Shown: positions 39,701 through 48,162, counted from the stretch's first letter. The stretch: DNA of 64,000 bases from Candidatus Sulfomarinibacteraceae bacterium (GCA_963796455.1 CAWCLO010000004.1:832001-896000), one strand, 5' to 3'. Notes: generated by a model not told the origin, from the letters alone. A program made the numbers and translations.

Positions 39701-40084
39701 TTACAAAGGATCCTTCACGGATTCGAGCATTGGCTGCAAACGCTTCCATAGAAGAGGCTGGTCGCGTTCGAGACCCCAGACTCCAGTCAACGCCAAACGA
39801 AACTTGGCGTCTTTTCGTGCGAGTGACTCGATGCGCGCAAAGTAGCTGTCTCCAGCTGCTCGCAACAGGTCTTCGAGAGGACCCGCTGCCACCTTCGCCA
39901 AGAGTGCCGGGGCTCCCTCAGGTATTCGCCGTACTAACTCGGTTGAGATTTGCCAGAGTGTTTCCCACTCCCGCTCGGACGCCATATCGGCGAGTTTTTC
40001 GAAGGTCCAGAACAACCCGTCGTCACCGGTCTTCAAATACTCGAGGTGGTCTTCTATCAACCGGTCTTTTTCTTCAGCGTTCAT
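39701..40084 (-). CDS. DUF6869-like protein
   Basis: AAGPLEDLL...FRLALTGVW. Confidence 0.65.
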   Translation of the reverse strand: MNAEEKDRLIEDHLEYLKTGDDGLFWTFEKLADMASEREWETLWQISTELVRRIPEGAPALLAKVAAGPLEDLLRAAGDSYFARIESLARKDAKFRLALTGVWGLERDQPLLWKRLQPMLESVKDPL

Positions 40085-40312
40085 TTAGTACCTATCACTT
40101 TTGCCTAACGATTCGAATTCAGCGGACCAGACCCCCGCCGCGGGTCGGGGTCCGCTGGAAGCTGAGGTGTTAGGCATCGACAGAAATGTTGCATATGTGG
40201 CATCCTACGAGCCCGAAGAGCGCTGCAATTCCTAGATTATCAAAATTCCTACGCCCCAAATAATGAAGAGGCGAGGTGTTGCTGGGCCCCAAGGGATTCC
40301 ACGTGAATTTCT

Positions 40313-40507
40313 TCAGTGGCGTCGTTGATCTTGTTTTGCGCCATCGGCCATTGACTTACTGGCAGTGATTGCCAAAATGCCGCTAGCGACTAGGAACAAC
40401 GCTCCTACCCTTGTTGCTCTCCCAAAAGCGACAAGTACTCCAGCCGCCATGAGCCCAAAAACGAAGCGTAGAATCCAATGGTGTCGGTTAATACACTCCG
40501 AACCCAA
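40313..40507 (-). CDS. Small membrane protein
   Basis: GGGAGG RBS, 2 TM. Confidence 0.5.
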   Translation of the reverse strand: MGSECINRHHWILRFVFGLMAAGVLVAFGRATRVGALFLVASGILAITASKSMADGAKQDQRRH

Positions 40508-40585
40508 ACCTCCCTGCCTAACGGTCCGAGTTCAGCGGACACACACCCGCCGCGGGTGGGGGTCCGCTGGAATGAGGTGTTAGGG

Positions 40586-40930
40586 CTTCAATCAGGATTC
40601 TTGACTTTTCTGAGCCACATTTTGCGTACTTCGCATTCAAGAAGGGTGAGGAGCACCTGTCAGTCCCGAGAGTCAAGGAGCTGAAAGGCGGGTAGACATC
40701 CAAAAAGGACACAGCAACGATGCCGACGATAATACTCACGAGCCGCGACCATTGCAATCATCGCTAGAAGAAAGCTCGCGAAGACGGATCTACCAGGAAA
40801 CGTGCTTGGGAGCCCTTCCGATCAGAGCTCTACCTCGGTACGCAGCATCTTCGAGCTGACGAACGCCATGACAAATCCCCAAGACAAGATCGCTGACAGC
40901 GAAGTGGTCGCGACAATACTTCATACCCAT
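40586..40930 (-). pseudogene. Fragmented membrane-protein cassette
   Basis: Hydrophobic fragments in several frames; no full-length ORF. Confidence 0.35.
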
Positions 40931-40998
40931 GAATCTTGACGAGATGCGGGTTGCCCTGTCAATGTCTCCAACGCTCAGTAGTCCTATTCCTAGTTTGG

Positions 40999-41105
40999 CA
41001 CTAACGGCACGAGGAGTTAACCTGGGGCGGTCAGGTATAACAGTGTCGCACGCCGTCGTGCGACTAGTAGCTTGGCGTCAAGTCTGCTCGAACGCACTGT
41101 TGGAA
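40999..41105 (-). repeat. attC of a third family (~107 bp)
   Basis: CACTAACGGCACGAGGAGTT...GAACGCACTGTTGGAA, similar to 42021-42120. Confidence 0.6.
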
Positions 41106-41266
41106 GGCCGAGGTCGAGAAGAGTCGAACGGCCCGTGAAACCGTGGCGTACATTCAACAACGATGACCCGTCCGTTGGGACTGCGCTTAACGCTGCGCTA
41201 ACGGTCCGAGTTCAGCGGACACGAACAGCGTGCGCGGTTTGGGTCCGCTGGAATGAGGTGTTAGGC

Positions 41267-42006
41267 CAAAAATGTCGCACTTCAGACTTTAACTCAGGTC
41301 TCCACTTCAAACTTGAGCATCCAACTGCAAGATCGCAACGATGCCACCGCCTCAAAAATGCATTATGCACTCGCAGGTTACATCGTCCCAACGCCTGGTC
41401 GTACCGTCTAGCCACTCAAATGCATAGCGACGCTGATACACGGACCTGCCAATTAAGGTCTTCCGGTAACGGTTTGTTTTCCCTGCGGGCACGCGAAGGC
41501 ATGGCACCAAAGAAGTCATACCGAACGGTCGTCCTCTGCGAGGAGCTCGCCGGAGGTACGGAGCCTTGAGCACAGCTACGAATCGGGCCAATATCGGACC
41601 CAAGCGGTGGGATGATCTGGTCCACGAGGAGGGCTGTCGTCACAGCACTGCGTCGGCAAACCGAGGGACTCCTAACCCTGCCGATGCACCAAAGAAGACG
41701 TCCATTCGGCTTCTTGCCGCCAGTGTGCCTCGTGGAGCTGGCTTTTCGAGGGGCTTGGCGAGAGCAGAAACTCCTTTCACGGGGTGACGCATGACACCAG
41801 GTACTCTGTTGTTTTAGCCAGCGCCACGACTGGTGAAAAATCAATCATATATCCTTGACTACCCAACCCCTGGAGAACGACGATTCGATACGCGATTCTT
41901 CTGGCCGTTCTGCCGCAGGGCTCATGGTCATTTCCGGTACCTCAGGCGCGCTGAGGGTATCCGCGATGCCATGCGATTTTGCCCATTCTGCAGTTGTTTT
42001 CACCAT
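41267..42006 (-). pseudogene. Degraded cassette with multiple stops
   Basis: Starts MVKTTAEWAK at 42006, stop at 41845, further broken frames. Confidence 0.35.
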
Positions 42007-42020
42007 GAGGTTCCGTCTGC

Positions 42021-42120
42021 GCCTAACGGGCACGGGAGTTCCTGGGCCGAGCAAGGATATCAGTTGGACGCTTGCGTCCGACTGTAGCCTGCGATGGTCC
42101 GCTTGAACGACCGGTTGGCC
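42021..42120 (-). repeat. attC of third family (~100 bp)
   Basis: GCCTAACGGGCACGGGAGTT...GGTCCGCTTGAACGACCGGTTGGCC. Confidence 0.7.
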
Positions 42121-42311
42121 GGCGCCGCGCCGGTCACCGGGCGTGCAATTAACTCCCTGCCCGTTGGCGCGGCGCGCAGCGCCGCGCCAACGGTCCGAGT
42201 TCAGCGGCCCGAGGCCGCGCAAGGCGCGGACTTGGGTCCGCTGAAACGAGGTGTTAGGCGTTTGTTGTACTCCAAAGTTGAATCTACGCCTGAAAACGTC
42301 GCCCATGTTCG

Positions 42312-42857
42312 TCAGACCGATACCTGGTTCTCGAGTTCGTTCGGCCCCTCTAGTTGAGTTACCTTGACGATTTCACCCTCGAAACCATAGTAGGTGATCG
42401 CATCTCGGCTAAGGTCTACCCTACGAATTATCGGGTCGGATTCACCCCACATAAAGTCATCGAGCAAACGATAGTGCTCTGTTCGGTCTTCATGAAACAC
42501 GAGCACCCGGTCCTTTCGCTTGCGGGAGATCTCGATCTTGTTGACTTCAATGAGAGTGCCGTCGGTTTGGCGTGTGGCAAAAGAGGAAATCCCGAATCCC
42601 GGGAAAATGAGGTTGTGTGTTACATCCACCTTCTCCTGCCGGGTCAAAGGACGATCTGGTATCTTCCGTTCTTCGATTGCCTCCTCAATAGTGTCGGCCT
42701 GCTCCGATGAAAGTTTGTTTGGATCACTCTTGAATTCATCAAAGTCCTGCCAATCACCGCCTCGCAGCCGGACGTCACGGCCTTGGAACTCGACTGAGGT
42801 CGTACCGTCAGGATCTCTGGCGCATGGGAGGTGTAAACGGGCTACGGGAGCCATCAC
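42312..42857 (-). CDS. Hypothetical protein (5' end probably frameshifted; may start near 42962)
   Basis: 181 aa ORF; upstream signal/lipobox-like fragment. Confidence 0.6.
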   Translation of the reverse strand: MMAPVARLHLPCARDPDGTTSVEFQGRDVRLRGGDWQDFDEFKSDPNKLSSEQADTIEEAIEERKIPDRPLTRQEKVDVTHNLIFPGFGISSFATRQTDGTLIEVNKIEISRKRKDRVLVFHEDRTEHYRLLDDFMWGESDPIIRRVDLSRDAITYYGFEGEIVKVTQLEGPNELENQVSV

Positions 42858-43044
42858 GCGACCACAGCCAGAGGACGAATACCAAGATTGAAAGACCGAA
42901 GAACTGCTTGATGCGGTGAGAGCTAATTTTTTTCACGTGCCGAGATTTCCTTGATGATTCATGGCTCTTTCTGAAGCCTAACGGTCCGAGTTCAGCGGCC
43001 CGAGGCCGCGCAAGGCGCGGACTTGGGTCCGCTGGAATGAGGTG

Positions 43045-43422
43045 TTAGGCATAACTTGATCCTAGCCAAAACGGATGTTGGAGAGCCATACAAAAATAGA
43101 CGATTCCAGAATAGCCTCCAGACCTGTAGTGACTGCCGCGGTCCAAATCCAGTTCTTCTCGGACCGCGAAAACCGGCACGGGTTCGGGTGCGCCAACGTA
43201 CAGAGGGCCTCCGGTGCTTTCCCTCGCATAACTGATGATGAAATACGTTAGAGCGACCTGAAGGGGAATTCCTATCACTAGCCCGAAGGTGGATGGGATG
43301 AACAGATATGCAACAACCGTTGGAGCCAGCCGGAGTGAAATAGGGGTGGCAACGCCGAATGCATTCAGTAGCGCCACCGTTGCCCACGACCACCAAAGCG
43401 GTCGATTGTTTGAGGACATCAC
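43045..43422 (-). CDS. Membrane protein
   Basis: 2 TM; stop in attC R''. Confidence 0.55.
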   Translation of the reverse strand: MMSSNNRPLWWSWATVALLNAFGVATPISLRLAPTVVAYLFIPSTFGLVIGIPLQVALTYFIISYARESTGGPLYVGAPEPVPVFAVREELDLDRGSHYRSGGYSGIVYFCMALQHPFWLGSSYA

Positions 43423-43542
43423 TTGGTCATCGCTCTCTGCCTAACGGTCCGAGTTCAGCGGACACCACCCGCCGCGGGTTGGGGTCCGCTGGAACGAAGC
43501 TGTAGGTCGTTTCCATTTAAGTCTTTACATCCCCAAGAGGAA

Positions 43543-43818
43543 TCAAACCCCTGAATATTGTAAAAACACTGCCAAAAGGTCGATCGCCACCAAGATCCAT
43601 CCGGCAAATGGCGATTGTGGCCCATCGGCGATATCGAGCCAACAGATTGATGGCTTCAATTTCTCCGATAGCCCAATTTGGGGTTTCTCGGTACCACTTC
43701 CAGAATAACGAGCCGCCAGCCTGCGTGCTTGAGAGGTTCCAGGACCCAACCTCCCGTTTGCTTTCACCGTCACCGGGTGGCCGTCCGTCGCTGATCCAGA
43801 TCTGATGGTGATTCTCAT
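43543..43818 (-). CDS. Hypothetical protein (possibly degraded)
   Basis: Longest minus ORF in the cassette. Confidence 0.35.
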   Translation of the reverse strand: MRITIRSGSATDGHPVTVKANGRLGPGTSQARRLAARYSGSGTEKPQIGLSEKLKPSICWLDIADGPQSPFAGWILVAIDLLAVFLQYSGV

Positions 43819-44012
43819 ACTGATATTCGATCAGTCTTGTGCGGCGACGCTTTTCGCTATCGAAATGCTGTACGCGAAACGCGACCGATACCAGCGAGTG
43901 TCAGAGGCAACATCTCTAGGAACATGTCGAAACCTAACGGTCCGAGTTCAGCGGACCGAACCCGCCGCGGGTGAGGGTCCGCTGGAACGAGGTGTAGAGA
44001 CCTCGGACCATC

Positions 44013-44423
44013 TCAGCGCAATGTTCCTGTAGAGCCCTGATGTTTTTCTGTGGAGCATCGAACTGCTCGTACAGCAGATCCCAGCGCCCGGTTGGCACGG
44101 GAAGCCGAGCTGCGTTCGCCCTGCCCAATGGCGGCCTGAATCAGGGACATGAGTTCTCGTGGGAGATCCTCGGCCATGGGGAGGAAGACGAATGAGCCGG
44201 AATCAGTCCAAGCCCTCGACGCCCAGATTTTTGCAGTATTGGGCTCCAAAGCGTCCTCACCCAGGTGCATGGACAATGGAAAGACGGCGAAAGGTGGCTC
44301 CCACCAGACAGGACAGCTGGAATCGCCGCCGAAGTCCGTAAGGAACACGCCGCGCTCCCGAACGAGCGAGGCCATTCTGTCTGTGGCATTGTAGACATCC
44401 GCGAGACAATTTGGGTCACACAC
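44013..44423 (-). CDS. Hypothetical protein (possibly degraded)
   Basis: 136 aa ORF. Confidence 0.4.
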   Translation of the reverse strand: MCDPNCLADVYNATDRMASLVRERGVFLTDFGGDSSCPVWWEPPFAVFPLSMHLGEDALEPNTAKIWASRAWTDSGSFVFLPMAEDLPRELMSLIQAAIGQGERSSASRANRALGSAVRAVRCSTEKHQGSTGTLR

Positions 44424-44549
44424 GACCAGGGGCTCACCTGACGTTTGCAGAGAGAAGCGGTTCGTAAAGCCTAGGTCTGGAAACGGCAGCTGCTGAAGTC
44501 CTCATCGGGGAGGGACAAGACGCCTCCTTGTCAATCATCTCATCGGCTC

Positions 44550-44993
44550 CTAACGGTCCGAATTCAGCGGACCGAACCCGCCGCGGGTGAGGGTCCGCTC
44601 GAACGAGGTGTTAGGTGTCATCATGAGGGTGGATGGCGGATCTGTATGGAAGTGGACGCTCCTAACACCAGCCGCTTTAAGGCCCTCCATCACCACGTTG
44701 ACGCGTTCGTATGGGGTTTCCCGATCTATTTTCAAAACGAATGGGCGTTCCGGAGAAGAGACGGCGATGTGTTTGATTGCTTGGTGAAGCTCTTCCGTCG
44801 AAACCACGGGTAGCGCGGTATCTTCTCCGTTAGATATTCGAATCTTCCCGTGCTTGCTGATACTGATAATTGCGGCATCATCCGGTATCCGTTTGCCGGT
44901 CACAGCTGTGGCGGCCCTGTACTTGCCTCCATAGTTACTGAGTCCCGGCAGATTCAGGTCCAGCAGAGAAAGGCATTGAAAGGAATAGATCAA
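44550..44993 (-). CDS. ExbD/TolR-like biopolymer transport protein (reads through attC)
   Basis: LDLNLP, IISISKHGKI, VLKIDRETPYERV..VM..LKAAGV. Confidence 0.75.
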   Translation of the reverse strand: MIYSFQCLSLLDLNLPGLSNYGGKYRAATAVTGKRIPDDAAIISISKHGKIRISNGEDTALPVVSTEELHQAIKHIAVSSPERPFVLKIDRETPYERVNVVMEGLKAAGVRSVHFHTDPPSTLMMTPNTSFERTLTRGGFGPLNSDR

Positions 44994-45213
44994 AGCCCCG
45001 AAAAGAAGCCACGGATTCCACGGTTTGGTCGTTTTTCCAGGCGGGTCGTTGCGATTCTACGGTTGTGAGTCGCTTCCCTAAGTCCATTTAACGCCCTTGA
45101 TAGTATGACCGTATTCGAGCATCCTAGTTCCTGAACCTAACGGTCCGAGTTCAGCGGACCACACCCGCCGCGGGTGGGGGTCCGCTGGAACGAGGTGTTA
45201 GGGCAAATTGCCT

Positions 45214-45921
45214 TCATTTTCCGTCGATATCGATCACAAGGACTGATGCATCGTCTTCATTCTGGGTGGTGCCTGTGAGTAGGGCCGATATACACGACTC
45301 ACGTTGATCAAGTTGCAGCGCCGCGGTGATCTTGTCTATTGTCTGCCAGCGCCAGAATCCATCTGTACACAAGAGATACCGGTCCCCAGCCAGAGTTGGT
45401 ACCTGGAGATTGTTCAAATTCACAGGTGGGTTCGGTTCCGACAGCGTTGGATACCATTGTTGCCAAAGGATGAGCGGCGATTTCAGTTGGCGGCACACCG
45501 GCCTCCAATTGCTCCATTTCCCACGTTTGTTCGGTGTTGAGCAGTTCCACGTTTCCGGCCCTACAACGGTACAGTCGGCAATCACCAGCGAACACAATCA
45601 CGACAGCCGAATCGGTAATCGATAGCAACATGACAGTCGCAAATGCTGCAATCTGGCTATTAGTTTGGCCCTCTTTCGAAAGGCGGATTTGTTTCCCTCA
45701 ACTGCCGCCGCAAGCAGAACATCAAGATCAACCTCGATCTCGCAATCACCAGGCGAGCAGACTCGGTTTTCGAAAGACTCTAACGCCGCCGCAAGAAAGG
45801 CGTTGGCCATCTTCCCATCTGCAATACCCCAGAATCGAATTTCATCTCTGACGACGCACACGTCTTCGTTGAGGCGTCAATTACGGCCACGGACCGTCTC
45901 GCAGGCGCTGGTTGCGATCAT
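45214..45921 (-). pseudogene. PP2C-family Ser/Thr phosphatase, disrupted
   Basis: GRN*RLNED (TGA at 45877), IADG, AGDCRLY, LLCTDGFW, EDDASVLVI spread over three frames. Confidence 0.8.
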
Positions 45922-45940
45922 CGCATGTATCCAAGACAAA

Positions 45941-46058
45941 CCCTAACTCATATTAGCGATACGAATACCAGGGACCAATTCGTGCTTCATTCGATCGATA
46001 ACGTCTCCCAAGGCCCGGCTCTCGCGGGGGTTCGAATCGCGGCCGAGGATTGTCAGCC
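45941..46058 (-). repeat. Degenerate long attC closing the first cassette
   Basis: Minus strand GGCTGAC ... GCGATTCGAA / TTCGTATCGC ... GTTAGGG. Confidence 0.55.
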
Positions 46059-46319
46059 ATGTTTTGCTTTAAGCGGGTATTTCTGTGGGTTTTCGAAGGA
46101 ATCGATGGTGAGGTCGACATCGAGATCCGGCCAAAACAAATGATTGTCGCCTGGCCGTTCGAGCTTGAGCACGGAGTCGACCGGAGCGTTCCTGAACCAT
46201 GGAAACTCGTCAAAAGGCAGGAAGAGCTCGCGGTCGTCGACCAACAGCCAGACGCCGTGTCTGGAGATGTTGGTGACCTCAGCCGACGAAGTGCTGTTTC
46301 CAAGCGGTACGGATGACAT
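46053..46319 (-). CDS. DUF2442 family protein (putative antitoxin)
   Basis: EVTNISRHGVWLL...FPWF...WPDLDVDL. Confidence 0.9.
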   Translation of the reverse strand: MSSVPLGNSTSSAEVTNISRHGVWLLVDDRELFLPFDEFPWFRNAPVDSVLKLERPGDNHLFWPDLDVDLTIDSFENPQKYPLKAKHG

Positions 46320-46518
46320 CTTCGTGCTCCTCGACCATCTTACGAATGCTGGCCAACTCTCATTTCGAAAGACCGTGACTTCGAGCCAATTCTACCTCGG
46401 GTTCGATCCAGTATTTTGCCTCGCCCTCGTTTGAGACTACGTGGATGTGCATTCTGGTTTCTTCTCGTGAAAAGAAATAGAAACGATATGGGCCGCTGCG
46501 AAAGACGGTAGTGCTCAT
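46279..46518 (-). pseudogene. DUF4160 family protein (putative toxin) with in-frame TGA at 46360
   Basis: [27 protein letters not shown]...EAKYWI...GLSK*ELASIRKMVEEHEDVIRTAWKQHFVG. Confidence 0.85.
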
Positions 46519-46583
46519 CTGTCCGCTACATGTAAGCTCTGAATCGAAGGTAGATAGAAGGGGGTTATCGTGCAAAATCCGCT

Positions 46584-46606
46584 CGCTAACACGACTCGTT
46601 TTAGCG
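46584..46606 (-). other. Candidate attI-like site
   Basis: Minus strand CGCTAAA-ACGAGTCGT-GTTAGCG, 3 bp after the integrase stop and ahead of the first cassette. Confidence 0.4.
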
Positions 46607-46609
46607 TCC

Positions 46610-46935
46610 TCATTTCCCGGTCCAAAGGGTGTCGGCGGGCTGGTGACGCCGCGCCCTCCAGCCTTGCCGATGATGTGGGTGTAGATCATGGTGGTCTTGA
46701 CATCTTTGTGTCCCAGGAGCTCCTGGATGGTGCGGATGTCGTAGCCGGCCATCAAAAGGTGGGTGGCAAAGCTGTGGCGAAAGGTGTGGCAGCTGACCTT
46801 TTTGTTGATCCCGGCTTTTCGGGCTGCGGAATAGATGGCCTTGCGAACGACCGATTCGTGGAGGTGGTGGCGCCGAACGATGCCGGATCGGGGATCGATA
46901 CCGCGTTTGGAGGCGGGGAAAACGTACTGCCATTT
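46610..46935 (-). pseudogene. intI: Integron integrase, C-terminal ~105 aa only
   Basis: [28 protein letters not shown] (IntI patch), [37 protein letters not shown] at 46936-46938 immediately upstream; 1 bp shift before [10 protein letters not shown]. Confidence 0.92.
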
Positions 46936-46976
46936 TCAACGAAATCCGGACGCACGCGACGAGCACATGCTTTTCG

Positions 46977-47357
46977 TCATGGCGTGATCCGGAACATCAA
47001 TCCCGAAGCTGCCATGAAGAGCCAACAAAGTGTGGCGGACCCGCCGAAGATAAAGGCCAGGCGAGCTCGATGGGCAAACTCGCGGAACGAGATCGGCTGG
47101 TCGCCGGCAGAGGCGGGTGCGAGCAGGCGAGCGCATCGGATGAACTGCCATCCAGAAAGAATGGAGAAGACTCCGACCGGAATCGAAAGCAGAGAATGAT
47201 AAAACCTGACATCGTGCACGTCGATGTAGACGGAGACCCACGCCGTACTGAGCAGGACGATGACCCCTTCGAAAAGAAGCCCGCCGCCGAAAACCAGAAC
47301 CCACGCCCAGCTTCGGATCAATGGGCGAAGGACGTTTCGTTCTTCGAGCTCATGCAT
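46977..47357 (-). CDS. Membrane protein
   Basis: 3 TM, 126 aa. Confidence 0.6.
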   Translation of the reverse strand: MHELEERNVLRPLIRSWAWVLVFGGGLLFEGVIVLLSTAWVSVYIDVHDVRFYHSLLSIPVGVFSILSGWQFIRCARLLAPASAGDQPISFREFAHRARLAFIFGGSATLCWLFMAASGLMFRITP

Positions 47358-47388
47358 GGCGCGATCCGATCATAGCCATGGCTGAGCC

Positions 47389-47982
47389 TCAGCCCCCCGG
47401 CTCTTCGAAATCCATTTCCAGGCCGCCGATCACGCCGGCGACGAGGTTGTAGATCGCTGCGCCGACCAGACCCGCGAGAAAGCCCATCACGCCGTAGAAG
47501 ATCGGCATGAACACCAGAGCGCCAAAGCCGAAGAACAGATTGAGGGCGAATCCGGTCTCCTCGGGGGTGGGCATGAAGAGGGACATCATCGCCATGAAAA
47601 TGCCGGCGATAAAACCGATCACCACATAGAGCACTCCAGATATCTTGGCGGCCGAAAGCGGACCGATTCGTCGTAACACCATGTCGTTCTCCTTTTTGAT
47701 TCCTACGCGGCAGAGGTTCAGATATTCGATGTTTCGTTGTCGAGATCGTTCTGTTTGGGCTCTGATAGTTGGCGACGCGTTGTCTTCCGCGAGTTGCCGA
47801 AGGGCGTGGCGCCTTTCCGCTCGATAGACGAGGAGGGCCGGGATCCCGCCGATCAGGATGAACAGGGTCCACCGAGTCCGGTTCAATCCCAGCTTCCGGG
47901 CTTCATCAAAGATGGAACAGGCGAGGAGGAAGTGCACGAAGAGGGTGAAGGCCACAAAAATGATGACGATTGTGGTGGTCAT
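47389..47982 (-). CDS. Membrane protein; C-terminal part (from ATG 47682, AAGGAG RBS) is DUF3566-like and may be a separate gene
   Basis: MVLRRIGPLSAAKISG...IYNLVAGVIGGLEM. Confidence 0.65.
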   Translation of the reverse strand: MTTTIVIIFVAFTLFVHFLLACSIFDEARKLGLNRTRWTLFILIGGIPALLVYRAERRHALRQLAEDNASPTIRAQTERSRQRNIEYLNLCRVGIKKENDMVLRRIGPLSAAKISGVLYVVIGFIAGIFMAMMSLFMPTPEETGFALNLFFGFGALVFMPIFYGVMGFLAGLVGAAIYNLVAGVIGGLEMDFEEPGG

Positions 47983-48162
47983 ATGGTCCGGAATGGCACA
48001 GCTACCGCACGATGATTGTCAATGCAACCTCTGAGCCATCGAGGCTTAGGTCTTCGCGGCGTGAAGATTCGAGTTGGTTTTGAGACCACGCCTCGTCTCG
48101 GTGAATTGTTGGTCGAAGACCCTGCTTCTATTCTACATCGCCCGTCCGTTGACTCACCAGAT

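Larger units (their letters stand above)
12927..46058 (-). mobile_element. Integron gene-cassette array with about 55 attC sites (superintegron-like)
   Basis: Minus-strand consensus (G/A)CCTAACACCTCATTCCAGCGGACCC-loop-GGTCCGCTGAACTCGGACCGTTAGG(C/T), with RYYYAAC and GTTRRRY ends and internal dyad. Approximate + strand starts: 12927, 14396, 15291, 15871, 16427, 17058, 17628, 18170, 18749, 19911, 20233, 21165, 21664, 22302, 23008, 23634, 24555, 25100, 25726, 26295, 26872, 27180, 27642, 28134, 28671, 29088, 29718, 30325, 31055, 31613, 32154, 32643, 33137, 33811, 34367, 34964, 35492, 36256, 36694, 37210, 37499, 38073, 38578, 39175, 39613, 40103, 40516, 40999, 41196, 42021, 42185, 42976, 43439, 43932, 44548, 45135, 45941. 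Mostly one co-oriented gene per interval; stop codons often fall inside CCTAAC. Confidence 0.95.

Noticed and set aside
17060..44128. ORFs ending PNTSFQRT...PLNSDR or LTPHSSG, or starting MWSAELGPLG / MRVRWNEVLG
   Set aside because: These are translations of the attC repeat in various frames, not a conserved protein domain
15871..45203. Regular repeats as a CRISPR array
   Set aside because: Repeats are ~69 bp with attC ends, spacers are variable gene-sized intervals of mostly 0.2-1.1 kb, and no cas genes are present
46360..46755. Integrase-DUF4160 fusion protein
   Set aside because: Caused by a 1 bp shift before the integrase's natural end ([10 protein letters not shown]); DUF4160 has its own ATG at 46518
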